Positions 22,671-32,881 of a DNA stretch of 64,000 nucleotides are shown one piece after another (position 1 is the stretch's first letter; each line of letters opens with the position of its first letter). Source of the stretch: an uncultured Acidobacteriota bacterium. Its GTDB lineage: Bacteria > Acidobacteriota > UBA6911. The stretch is taken from positions 32,001 to 96,000 of the forward strand of contig CAWEJX010000020.1 in assembly GCA_963809485.1 (NCBI GenBank), written 5' to 3'. The notes below the pieces were generated by a model. That model had not been told where the DNA came from. It saw only the letters and a list, made by a program, of their open reading frames with translations, and ran no database searches. The translations under genes were made by a program, and so were the position numbers.

Positions 22671-24014
22671 ATGTCCATGATCGGGAAATTGATCGCACAT
22701 TATGAAATCACAAGCCAACTCGGCAAAGGCGGCATGGGAGAGGTCTATCAGGCCAAGGACCACAAACTGGGCAGAGAGGTGGCCATCAAGGTGCTGCCCG
22801 AAGAGTTCGCGAGCGAAACGGACCGGGTCGCCCGGTTCCAGCGTGAAGCCAAATTGCTCGCTTCTCTCAATCATCCCCACATCGCCACCATCCACGGATT
22901 GGAGGAGTCCGGCCGAACCAGTTTCCTTGTCCTGGAACTGGTCGAGGGCGAGACACTGGCGGACCGCCTGAGGCGCGGTCCAATCCCTGTAGAGGAATCC
23001 CTGAAACTGGCGCTGCAGATCGCCGAAGCCCTGGAAGCAGCCCATGACAAGGGCATCATCCACCGGGATCTGAAGCCCGCCAACATCAAGGTGACGCCGG
23101 AAGGCAAAGTGAAGGTGCTCGACTTCGGCCTGGCGAAAGCTTTCGCGAGCGGGCCGGCCGAGGAGAATCTCTCGAACTCCCCCACGCTGAGCGACGCCGC
23201 CACACGGCAGGGCGTCATCCTCGGAACAGCCGCTTATATGAGCCCGGAGCAGGCACGAGGGGGAACAGTCGACAGGAAGGCCGACATCTGGGCTTTCGGC
23301 TGCATCCTGTTCGAGATGCTGAACGGACAGGCGACCTTCGAGGGACGTTCGGTTACGGATATTCTGGCTTCGGTGCTCAAGAGCGAACCGGTGTGGAACA
23401 AGCTGCCGCCCAACCTCCATCCGCGGATCCGCCTGCTGCTGGAGCGCTGTCTGGAAAAAGATCCCAGGGACCGTTACGGCAGCATCGGCGACGCGCGCGT
23501 GGATTTGCAGAAAGTGCTGGCCGATCCGGGAGGCGTGTTTGCGCATCCGGTTGAAGCAGAAAAACCGCGCGGCAGGCTGCGGGCGATACTGCCCTGGATC
23601 GCGGCGGCCGTCGTTCTGAGTGTGATTAGCGGCGCAATTGTATGGAAACTGAGAGCACCCGAACCGCGCCAGGTCATGCGCTTCGAATACCAACTGCCGG
23701 AAGGCCAGCAATTCAGCAGTGTTGACATGCCGTCATTCGCTGTCTCCCCGGACGGAAAACATTTCGTTTATGGCGAAACGAAGGGGCTTTTTCTTGCCGA
23801 TTCGTGTGTAAAATTCTTCCGGTATATCCGCGGGATTCTTGTAGAAAACGAACTGACAGGAGCCGTGATAAATCGGGTCGGCCACAATATGGCACGCGCC
23901 GAAATCGCCGGTGCTTTCGATCTGAAGCATCTCCATAACCGGGCAGTGCACGCAATAAATCGGGAAATCTCTCTTCCCCCATGTGATGGGATGGGGATCC
24001 TTCACCGTGGCTAA
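22671..24014 (+). pseudogene. Ser/Thr protein kinase with TM helix, truncated at the start of its beta-propeller region
   Basis: [35 protein letters not shown]; after 'SPDGKHFVYGETKGLFL' (~23795) the frame runs antisense through the neighbouring gene. Confidence 0.75.
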
Positions 24015-24458
24015 TCCGACTTCGGGTTTATAGCCGCCTCTTTGAATGATCCTCTCCCCGGAACCGCAGGGCCGCATGGTGAGACTGATTTTCTCGTCAT
24101 CCTCCACGATTTTTATCGGCTGCAGATGCCCTCGCAAACCGCCGGCAAGGTGTTCCACCAGGGAGCGTAGATCGGTCGCCTCGATCGGCTGGAAAACGGT
24201 CCTGGCTTCTATCGTGTGGGCTTCTCTTTCCGCTTCCTCCAGGGCGTCAACACCCAGCCTGTTATAAATGTAGGTTTGAAGCCCCGTAACCCAGATCCCA
24301 TAGCCGTCGTGGAGATAATTGAACTCCCGGTACATCCTCTGAGCGAGGTCCTTGGCCCTGTCCTTGTCTCCGGCATCGATGGCCTCGAGTATGAGGTCCA
24401 GCGTCCGTGTCCCCATCTCCTTCAATTCCTGATCCGTGAATAATCGCTGCTGACTCAT
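23733..24458 (-). CDS. Hypothetical protein with PCGSG / YCVHC Cys motifs
   Basis: RBS GGAGG before MSQQRLFTD; Cys/His motifs suggest metal binding. Confidence 0.7.
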   Translation of the reverse strand: MSQQRLFTDQELKEMGTRTLDLILEAIDAGDKDRAKDLAQRMYREFNYLHDGYGIWVTGLQTYIYNRLGVDALEEAEREAHTIEARTVFQPIEATDLRSLVEHLAGGLRGHLQPIKIVEDDEKISLTMRPCGSGERIIQRGGYKPEVGLATVKDPHPITWGKRDFPIYCVHCPVMEMLQIESTGDFGACHIVADPIYHGSCQFVFYKNPADIPEEFYTRIGKKKPLRFAINEMFSVRGDSE

Positions 24459-24593
24459 GGCTGCCTCCATCTTCTTTCCCCCTGTGGTAATAGCATATTT
24501 GATGATACTCCATGGGAATGCCCTGCCGGAGCAATATCCGTGCACCCGCAGTCCCGGCCGTCGAGTGAAGCGGCTTCCGGAAGCGGACTCCGG

Positions 24594-24953
24594 CTATTCG
24601 CGATGGACGAGATCCGGGCCAAAGGCGGGCAGGCACACAGAGACGTATTCGGCCCCTTCCGGACCGGGTGTGCTGTATTGGACACGGCAGCCTTTGGGAA
24701 TGATGAGCGCTTCTCCGGCGTGGGCAATCATCGTTTCATCGCCGGTATAAGCGTGCAATTCACCTCGAAGGACTACGCTGAACTCGTCGAATTCGGGAGT
24801 CTGCGGCGGCTCGAGCCAGCCGGAAGGGCTTATCATGCGCGCAATGCTCACTGCAGCCGTGTTCGAATTCACCCTTCCAACATATTCCTCAATCATTTTG
24901 GGCTTGCTGCCCGCAGCTTCGATCAATTGGGGCGCAACAATGGCGGCTTTCAT
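24594..24953 (-). CDS. Cupin-domain protein
   Basis: GWLEPPQTPEFDEFSVVLRGEL...AGEALIIPKG..VQYS cupin pattern. Confidence 0.8.
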   Translation of the reverse strand: MKAAIVAPQLIEAAGSKPKMIEEYVGRVNSNTAAVSIARMISPSGWLEPPQTPEFDEFSVVLRGELHAYTGDETMIAHAGEALIIPKGCRVQYSTPGPEGAEYVSVCLPAFGPDLVHRE

Positions 24954-25057
24954 CAATGCATTCCTCCCGGCGTCTTTGGTCAACATCCTGTCCTATTCAT
25001 CAACGAATCTATCAACGGGTTTGAATTTCCCATCAAGTTGCAGGGCATGTCGCCGAA

Positions 25058-26551
25058 TTATTTCTCGGCTTTGACGCGTTTGGCAAATCCGGTGATATGG
25101 CCGATCCAGGCGATGAAGTCTTCCGGATCTTCATCGGCGCCGTGCCCTGCGTCCCAGTACAGCGAGGTATTCACATTCTTTTTGCGGTTTTCCAAAGCTG
25201 TGGCCAGGTTGATGATGACCGTCAGCGAGGTGTGATTGTCGCTTGTGCCGTGGCGGATCCACCAGTATTGGACGCAGCCTTTGTTTTTCCGGTCGATGAA
25301 ATACATAGGATTCATCATATCCAAGATCGTTTGCAGGTCGTTCTCAACCCTGGCGCTCTTGTCGCCGGTGGTCTGCCGGAGGCTGAAGCTGGTGAAGTGC
25401 CGGGCATTGGCGGTCTTGCTGCCGAATAGAATCGGCTCGGCCTGCTTCATGTCAAAATCGTCAAAGGCAGGGAGGCCTTTCATTCTGCCGACGTGCGCGA
25501 CATAGTCCGCGAAGGAAAACACAGCCCTGTTACCGGTCCATGTGATCCACTTATTTTGGGCCAGGTAATCCTTGCGCTTTTCATCCGTCAGATTTCTCAG
25601 GTACCTGTTCGCCGAAGGGATCAGATAGGCCTCGATAAGATACCGGGAATAGTTGTCGGCCGTAAGGATTCCAAAACCATTTTTGCCCTTTAATTTCAGG
25701 GCCACCTGATACGCGGCAAAGGCGTCCTTTAACTGTTTTGACAGTTCCTGGTCCACCAGTCCGGATCTGGCAGGCGTAGTCCCGTACATCCACTCATACG
25801 CGCCGTCGGCGTGCTCCAGATCCGTGATGGGGCAAAAGCAGGCGCTGGCATAGATCCGGTCATCCTCGTCGGCAGCGCCGATCTCCTCAAGATATGCTTC
25901 ATACATTTGGCTGTTGCCCGAGGCGCCGAGAAGTGCGGAGAGCGCGCCACCCGCGCTGCTCCCAGTCGAGATGATCCATTTGGCGTTGCCGGGCACTATG
26001 CCCTTGTTGTGGCGTATATACCGGACAGCGGCTTTCAGATCCACAATGGCGGCGGGCGCCTTGCCGTAGTAAGTGCCGTCGGCAGCTTTATTATCACGGC
26101 CTCGGCAACCCGGCAACACCACCACGTAGCCCGCTGCTAAAGCCAGATCCAGGTTGCCGCTGGTTTTGCTGCCCGTGCCGGGAGGGGTTTTCGTCATGAC
26201 GCCGCGAGTGGCGTTATTTACAGACATATAACCGCCCACGCCGATGGCAAAGAGAATGGGAGCTTTGGTTGCATCGACAGCCACACTATCGACCTCGACG
26301 GGGACGGCGAGGTCGAGGCTCTCATAATCCTTGTCGACGGGATTCGCAACATAGGGAATATGCCTATAGGAGCGGTACGTGACTTTCTTTTCGCCCGCAG
26401 AGGTCCGCACCGTATTGGTTTCCACGGTGTAAGCATCCCTGGGAAATTGCAGAGGATCTTTGCTTTGCCCTCCCGCTGATACCCAGGCAAGAGAACAGAG
26501 GATTGCGAGTGCCAATGAAACCAATGCTGCTTTGGAAATTGCCTTTTTCAT
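25058..26551 (-). CDS. Secreted alpha/beta hydrolase, subtype-B tannase-like
   Basis: Signal peptide; GKAPAAIVDLKAAVRY, GSSAGG nucleophile elbow, PITDLEHAD, RHGTSD, GHG. Confidence 0.8.
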   Translation of the reverse strand: MKKAISKAALVSLALAILCSLAWVSAGGQSKDPLQFPRDAYTVETNTVRTSAGEKKVTYRSYRHIPYVANPVDKDYESLDLAVPVEVDSVAVDATKAPILFAIGVGGYMSVNNATRGVMTKTPPGTGSKTSGNLDLALAAGYVVVLPGCRGRDNKAADGTYYGKAPAAIVDLKAAVRYIRHNKGIVPGNAKWIISTGSSAGGALSALLGASGNSQMYEAYLEEIGAADEDDRIYASACFCPITDLEHADGAYEWMYGTTPARSGLVDQELSKQLKDAFAAYQVALKLKGKNGFGILTADNYSRYLIEAYLIPSANRYLRNLTDEKRKDYLAQNKWITWTGNRAVFSFADYVAHVGRMKGLPAFDDFDMKQAEPILFGSKTANARHFTSFSLRQTTGDKSARVENDLQTILDMMNPMYFIDRKNKGCVQYWWIRHGTSDNHTSLTVIINLATALENRKKNVNTSLYWDAGHGADEDPEDFIAWIGHITGFAKRVKAEK

Positions 26552-26869
26552 GATGCCCCCTCAATGCCTTACATATTAATTTTTTTGTCAGTGTTCGTCA
26601 GCGTTTTTTCAGCGTCTGTCAGCGTTCCCCTGATGCTAAAACCATCGAGCCCTGCAGGTCCGCGGCAAAGCTGAAGATCGGGCTTGTCTTCATACCGCCA
26701 AAAACGATTGTCCGGATGCGACAGGACAATGCTAGAATCGCGCGATAAGCCAAGGGTCATAGTTCTCGAAATTGCTCTTTTTGTACCCATCTTGATGAAG
26801 ACGAACACCGGGATTTCAGAGTGATCGAGATTTTCATACTATCAGCCGGACAGGAACGGAGATGTCACT

Positions 26870-28213
26870 ATGACGGAAACTAAAGCGTGGTCGGAAATGA
26901 CGTGGCAGGAAAAGCGTGAGGAGCGATTCAAACAGTGGCTGGCCGCGCCGGGCGTTAAATTCATAAGCCCCGAAGCGGAAGCGCTGCACAAAGCAAGGGT
27001 GACGCGTTTTATCAAAGCCATCAAGCTGGAGGAACCCGACAGAGTTCCCGTTCTGCTGCCGGTCGGCAGCTATCCGGCCTACTACGCCGGATCCAGCTTT
27101 TACAAAATCATGTACGACTACAACGAACTGCGCCGGGCATGGATCAAGTTCATGGACGATTTCGGGGACATGGACACTTTTATGGGCCCCGGATTGATAC
27201 CGTCCGGCAGGATCTCCGAAGCTCTGGACGTCAAGATGATGAAATGGCCCGGCCATGGCGTCGGAAAGGACGTCACCATGCAGCAGGTTGTCGAAGGGGA
27301 ATACATGAAAGCCGATGAATATGACTGGATGCTGATGGACCCCACCGATTACAACCTGCGGGTTACGCTGCCGCGAACCACGGGGCTGTTTGAGCCCTTC
27401 AGGAAGCTGCCGCCCCTGCGAATGCTCTTCGGCGGCGCGAGTTGGGTCGGAATCCTGGCCGATCCGGAAATACGCAAGGTGTTCCAGACCTTGATGGATC
27501 TGGCGGATGAATATAAGCAGCATCAGGCGGCTGTTATGGAAGTCAACACCTTGGCCATGGCCCGCGGATATCCTTCTTTCTTCGGCGGCCCGATGGCCCA
27601 GGCGCCCTATGACTTTTTCGCCGATATGCAGCGGGGTACGCGAGGCATCACACTGGATCTCTATCGTCAGCCGGACAAATTGCTGGAAGCCATTGACGTG
27701 CAGCTAAAGCTTTCGATCAACACCGCCATCAAGAATTATCCCATGACCAATTGCCCGCTTTGCATGATGCCGCTGCACAAGGGCGATGACACATTCATGT
27801 CCGATAAGCAGTTCGAGAAGTTCTACTGGCCTTCGCTGCAGAAAATCTTCCTGGCCATGATCGAAGAGGGTCTCGTTCCGATGCCCTTTGCCGAAGGCCG
27901 CTACAACAATCGATTGAAGCAGATCACCGATACGCCCAAAAGCGGCGTGGTCTGGTATTTTGACCAGACGGACATGGCCGAAGCCAAGAGGATATTGGGC
28001 AGGAATTCCTGCATTGTCGGCAACGTGCCTTCGTCCATCGTAATGACAGGCACCAGAGAGCAAGTGAAGGAAAACTGCCGCAAGCTTATCGAGACCTGCG
28101 CCCCGGGCGGAGGCTACATCCTTGCCGGGGGCGCCAGCATCGACACCGGGGACATCGCCAACCTGAAAGCCATGATGGAAGCGGCCTACGAATACGGCGC
28201 TTATAAGAAATAG
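26870..28213 (+). CDS. Uroporphyrinogen decarboxylase-like / MtaA-CmuA family protein
   Basis: EEPDRVPV, FMSDKQFEKFYWPSL, CIVGNVP, APGGGYIL. Confidence 0.82.
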   Translation: MTETKAWSEMTWQEKREERFKQWLAAPGVKFISPEAEALHKARVTRFIKAIKLEEPDRVPVLLPVGSYPAYYAGSSFYKIMYDYNELRRAWIKFMDDFGDMDTFMGPGLIPSGRISEALDVKMMKWPGHGVGKDVTMQQVVEGEYMKADEYDWMLMDPTDYNLRVTLPRTTGLFEPFRKLPPLRMLFGGASWVGILADPEIRKVFQTLMDLADEYKQHQAAVMEVNTLAMARGYPSFFGGPMAQAPYDFFADMQRGTRGITLDLYRQPDKLLEAIDVQLKLSINTAIKNYPMTNCPLCMMPLHKGDDTFMSDKQFEKFYWPSLQKIFLAMIEEGLVPMPFAEGRYNNRLKQITDTPKSGVVWYFDQTDMAEAKRILGRNSCIVGNVPSSIVMTGTREQVKENCRKLIETCAPGGGYILAGGASIDTGDIANLKAMMEAAYEYGAYKK

Positions 28214-28324
28214 AGCCGGCGCCGGCGCATTTTTCAGCGTAAGTCGGCGTTACCAGACTCCGGAACCGTCAAATCGCGTGAGTTCCCCGGCATAGCCGGG
28301 CAACTGCCAATGCCCTATCGCGAA

Positions 28325-29605
28325 TCATTGTGTCTGCAGAGACGGGTGTTTGGGCGGTTTTGCAAGGAGAAGGCAAAAGAAAGCGATCACCATCAAACCA
28401 AAAAACAGCTGGAACGCAGGAATATAGCTGCCTGTTCGATCACGGATGTATCCGGCGATAGGAGCTCCGAGGCTGCTGATGAAGGTATTGAAGGGCATAG
28501 TGTAGCCCATAATTTTGGCAAATTCCGTTCTACCGAAAAAATCGGGGAAGATGTTTCCCATGGCTATGGACGTTATTCCCTGGCTAATGCCGAAGACGAT
28601 GGAATAGGCGAGCACCAGCGGGAGAGAATGCGCAAACATCAGGAAGGAGAAACCAAGCAATCCCAGGACCATCGAAAACAAAGCCAGGGAATACATATTG
28701 AAACGGAGTCCCAGGAAGCCTATGCCCAGCTGGCTGATCCCCATTACGGCGGAAAAGACTCCTCCAACCATGCCTGCAGTGACGGCTGAGATGCCGAGGT
28801 CGAATTGGAAAGCGATGATGTGCGTCCCGACACCGAGCGCGACAAGAAACCCCAGGGCGCCATAGGCGACCAGCAACCACAGAGTCCGGGTGCGCAAAGC
28901 CTCTTTGGCTGTAAAATCCACGGGAGTCCTATAGAGGTGTTTCGGCGCCGGGCCGTCGGGTATCGCCTTGCCCTGTCTGGTTGTTCCGGGTCCGTCCGGA
29001 ACCTGGCCGATATCTTCAGGCTTGTTGATAAGCAGCAATCCCGGCAGGACCACGCAGAATATCAATCCGGCGGCGGCCAGGAGGAGATATGTATTTCTCC
29101 ACCCCACGGTTCCAATCAGGGCCATCATGGACGGATTGATAATGACGCCTGAAAAACCCATTGACGCCATGGACACGCTCAATGCCACGGTTCGTTTCAT
29201 TATGAACCAGTTGTTTATCAGCGTCATCGATGCCAGCATGCCGCCGAGGCTCGTGCCCAGCCCGAGAAGGACGCCAACTCCTACATAGAGGTGCCAGATT
29301 TGAGTCTGAAACGCCAGCAGCACCAGGCCCGCGATGCTCATGATGTTACCCAAAACAATGGCCAATTTTGTCCCGCGTTTCATAATAAAGATTGCCACCA
29401 GGGGAGCCCCGACGCCCGACAGGATTATGGATAAGGTGGAAGCTCCCGATGCAAATCCCCGGCTCCAGCCGAATTCCTTGACCCAGAAGGGCAGGAAAAA
29501 CGAAAAAGCCATCAGCATCGGCATCAGCGCGACATTGAAGAAAAACAAGACAGCAAGATTTGTCCAACCGTAGAATCCATCTTTACTCAGTCTTTTTGAA
29601 ACCAT
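28325..29605 (-). CDS. MFS transporter
   Basis: About 12 hydrophobic segments; FYGW N-terminus, EFGWSRG, GYIRDRTGSY. Confidence 0.88.
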   Translation of the reverse strand: MVSKRLSKDGFYGWTNLAVLFFFNVALMPMLMAFSFFLPFWVKEFGWSRGFASGASTLSIILSGVGAPLVAIFIMKRGTKLAIVLGNIMSIAGLVLLAFQTQIWHLYVGVGVLLGLGTSLGGMLASMTLINNWFIMKRTVALSVSMASMGFSGVIINPSMMALIGTVGWRNTYLLLAAAGLIFCVVLPGLLLINKPEDIGQVPDGPGTTRQGKAIPDGPAPKHLYRTPVDFTAKEALRTRTLWLLVAYGALGFLVALGVGTHIIAFQFDLGISAVTAGMVGGVFSAVMGISQLGIGFLGLRFNMYSLALFSMVLGLLGFSFLMFAHSLPLVLAYSIVFGISQGITSIAMGNIFPDFFGRTEFAKIMGYTMPFNTFISSLGAPIAGYIRDRTGSYIPAFQLFFGLMVIAFFCLLLAKPPKHPSLQTQ

Positions 29606-30410
29606 ATCGTTGGTCTCCAACTGAATGAGAAGCTCAAACCAGCGCCTCACAGTGCATCGACGCAAAGAAGCGCATGAATCCACAGGATGCATCCAATCGC
29701 TGTCACCAATGCCCGGGATTTATGTTTCGAGCTTATAGGGCATTACGCCCGAAGACACAAGCATAAAACCGGATGAAAATGATAATATTTTCCCGGACTG
29801 GTCTGCCAAACTCTGTGCGTTCCCCTGCAGGATTTGGGTGTTCAGGCACCTCCGGGCAAAGCCGGAGGCTTGAGAAGATGCCGGGCCAAGCGATTCTACC
29901 GGTATCTGGACAAGAAACGATAAGGTCTTCGAATACCGACATTTCGACTGTACGACGCGGCAGAATGTCGAAATCTCGTCATTCAGAATTCGACATTCTG
30001 CGCGTTCAGATGCTGCAGCAGATATTTATCGGCGCATGAATCTCAACTTATTCATTTACTGTTTGCATCGGACTCCCTGAGATCGCCGACAAACCGTGAG
30101 GTTCCCGGATCCTTAGGTACGGATTTCTGCCAGGTCCGACTATCGGCCCTGCGGCGCTCTGTCCTCGACGTCCGCCGTCAGTTTGTGATACAAACACGCA
30201 GCTTTATGTTATTTGGGCAAAATCTATCGATCTGCACGCCTGCGGACGGCTTGAAGAGCCGTCCGCATAACGGCGCGGCCGTCTTATGAATTCGCATCCA
30301 TTTGGTTGCAACCACCCGGCCGCGCCGCGTAAACTGCATCGAAAATTTTTTTCTTGCCGGTGCGCAAAGATAACGCGCCGGCTCATTGTTTTTCCGATAG
30401 CGCGGGTAGC

Positions 30411-31880
30411 ATGACATTATTTCATCCCGGTTCTTCCTGGTCCCAGAGAGTCGCACACGCCGGAATCTGGTCCTTCGCGCTTCACTTTTCGGAACAGCTT
30501 TTTGTTTTCGGCCGCGTCTTCGTGGTGGCCGTGCTGTTGTCTCCCAGGGATTTCGGCCTCTACAATATGGCGACGATCACCTTCATAGCCCTGGACGCCC
30601 TTTCCAGGACCGGCTTCGAGCAGGCTTTGATCCAGAAGAAGGAGGATATCCGGCCCTACCTCGAGGTTGCCTGGACAGTCCGCTGCGTGCGGGGTCTGCT
30701 GCTGGCGCTGTTTCTCTTTATGGCGGCTCCCTGGGTAAGCGCTTTCTTCAAAGAGCCCGACGCCCTGGCGTTTGTCCGTGCCATCGGGCTCTCCTTTGTT
30801 TTTCAGGGATTCATCAATATTGGCGTCGTAACCTTTCAGAAAAACCTCGAGTTTCACAAAGAGTTTGCCTATCGTTTCAGCGGCGCGTGCATGGACCTGG
30901 TGGTCACGGTCACGGCCGCTTTGTGGCTTCGCAACACGTGGGCGCTTGTCGTCGGCTACCTTGCGGCGGACCTGACTCGCATGCTGGTGTCTTACTGGAT
31001 CCATCCCTTCAGGCCAAGACTTCGCTTCGAGTTTGGCAAGGTCAAAGAGATGCTGAGCTACGGGATATGGATACTCTTTTTCGGCGTTGCGGTGGTCGCC
31101 GGCGAAAACGGAGCCGGCATCATTATCGGCAGGATCCTGGGAGCCGCCGCCCTGGGATATTTTCAGCTTGCCAACCGCATCACAAGTCTGGCGGTAAGGC
31201 AACTCGGCATCACCATACACCGGGTAGCTTTCCCGGCCTATTCCGAACTGCAGGATTCCGCGGAACGCCTGCGCGAGGCTTATGGGAAAATAGCAGGATT
31301 TTCGGCGGCCATTTCGATTCCGGCCGCAGTGGGCATATTTTGTATGGGCCGGGATTTTACCAGAATCTTTCTCGGGACCAAATGGATGCCCATGGTCCCC
31401 GTACTGCTGATACTCTCCTTGTCCAGCCTTATCGTTTCCATCGTCTGGACCGGGCGCCCGGTCTTCATGGGAAGAGGTCGTCCGGATATTGCCTTTTACA
31501 TGCAGTTGGCCACATGCGCAACACTCTTCAGCCTGATTTATCCCTTCTCGCACCGTTGGGGGATTAGGGGGGGCGCGCTTGCGATGCTCTTGAGCAGTGC
31601 CGCAGCCATGGCAGTATGGTATTGGAACATCAGGCCGCAGATGGGAATCGGGGGAAAAACTCTGGCTTTGATTTTCTCCCCTGCCCTGATCGCAGCTCTT
31701 CTCATGGCGGGTGCGCTTGCCGGACTGCGGGCGCTCACTCTCCCCCTGGTCCCCGACCTGCAAAGCTGGAACATCGTATGGTTCGCAGGCATGATTCTGC
31801 TCGGAATCGTCATTTACCTGGGCGCATTATTTCTTATCCGGCGCCGCCCGCCGGCTTTCGGGCCTTTTGATGTTCTGTAA
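30411..31880 (+). CDS. Wzx-type polysaccharide flippase / LPS biosynthesis export protein
   Basis: LLSPRDFGL, GFEQALIQ, IIGRILGAAALGYF, FLGTKW; many TM helices. Confidence 0.85.
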   Translation: MTLFHPGSSWSQRVAHAGIWSFALHFSEQLFVFGRVFVVAVLLSPRDFGLYNMATITFIALDALSRTGFEQALIQKKEDIRPYLEVAWTVRCVRGLLLALFLFMAAPWVSAFFKEPDALAFVRAIGLSFVFQGFINIGVVTFQKNLEFHKEFAYRFSGACMDLVVTVTAALWLRNTWALVVGYLAADLTRMLVSYWIHPFRPRLRFEFGKVKEMLSYGIWILFFGVAVVAGENGAGIIIGRILGAAALGYFQLANRITSLAVRQLGITIHRVAFPAYSELQDSAERLREAYGKIAGFSAAISIPAAVGIFCMGRDFTRIFLGTKWMPMVPVLLILSLSSLIVSIVWTGRPVFMGRGRPDIAFYMQLATCATLFSLIYPFSHRWGIRGGALAMLLSSAAAMAVWYWNIRPQMGIGGKTLALIFSPALIAALLMAGALAGLRALTLPLVPDLQSWNIVWFAGMILLGIVIYLGALFLIRRRPPAFGPFDVL

Positions 31881-32044
31881 AATTTGAGGTCTTCTCCAGG
31901 CTTGACGCAATGCCGCCTCACACCCCACGCTCGTCTCTTGGATGCCCATCTTTGCCTTGTTTGTCAGCGTGTGTCAGCGTTTTTGTCAGCGTTAAATGAT
32001 CCAGGGGCCGTCAAACTCTGTGCTTCCAACATCAAAGCCGGGTA

Positions 32045-32881
32045 TCATGGTTTGACGGCCTTTGCCGCGACAAAATATCCGGTCAGGCCTTTTGTGGGAA
32101 GCCGCTCGGTGTGTTCCATCGCTTTGAGCAGGCTGACAAAACAAGCTTTCATCCGTTTCCGTTTTGTTTTGCCGATCAAGGAACCCGCCCATATGGCCAG
32201 AATCCTTGGACTGTGAACTATCACCGTGCTGTCGGCCACCCTGAATCCTGCAGACTCGAGAGCATCAATCAGCTCGGGCCGCGACAGAGTCACGCCCATG
32301 TAATAGGGGATGATCCCAAGCCGCCTGAGAAAGCGATAGGGCAAACGGTTCCTCACCCACACGACAGGGTTCCAGGGATTGTCCAGGGTGATAATAAGGA
32401 CTCCGCCCGGCTTCAGAATTCTGTGCAACTCTGCCAGGCTCGCCAGCAGGTCGCCTCGTTGGGAGAAATGATCAAGAGTCGAATTGGACAGGATTTCGTC
32501 GAAAACCTGGGCTTTGAAGGCCTGGCGCCTGGCATCGGAAACTGCAATAAGGTTTTGCGCTCTTCCCGTTTGCTTCAGCCTGCGACTGGCCGCCTGGGCT
32601 GTTTCCAGAGAAACATCCGTTCCCACCATGCAGACGGATCCTTCTGCAAACAGAGAGAATAGATCATGCGCGCTTATGGCTTCATCATATAGATCGGTTT
32701 TGAGCGTCCGTCCGACGCTGCCCGTTTTTCGCCATCGAGTCCCAAGCGCTCGATATACATCTTTAAGGTAAGCCCTCCAGAGATCCTCCCGATCGTTGTC
32801 TTCGGATTGCGGCACAAGAAAATTCCAGTAGCCGTGAACGCCGGGCTTGGTTTCAGACTTGTTTTGCATGGAATCCGACAT
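32045..32881 (-). CDS. Class I SAM-dependent methyltransferase
   Basis: LKTDLYDEA, GTDVS, FDEILSNSTLDHF, LKPGGVL. Confidence 0.82.
   Translation of the reverse strand: MSDSMQNKSETKPGVHGYWNFLVPQSEDNDREDLWRAYLKDVYRALGTRWRKTGSVGRTLKTDLYDEAISAHDLFSLFAEGSVCMVGTDVSLETAQAASRRLKQTGRAQNLIAVSDARRQAFKAQVFDEILSNSTLDHFSQRGDLLASLAELHRILKPGGVLIITLDNPWNPVVWVRNRLPYRFLRRLGIIPYYMGVTLSRPELIDALESAGFRVADSTVIVHSPRILAIWAGSLIGKTKRKRMKACFVSLLKAMEHTERLPTKGLTGYFVAAKAVKP

Noticed and set aside
6551-31993. Short repeat arrays as CRISPR
   Set aside because: Units are 7-10 nt with no unique spacers, and no cas genes are in the window.
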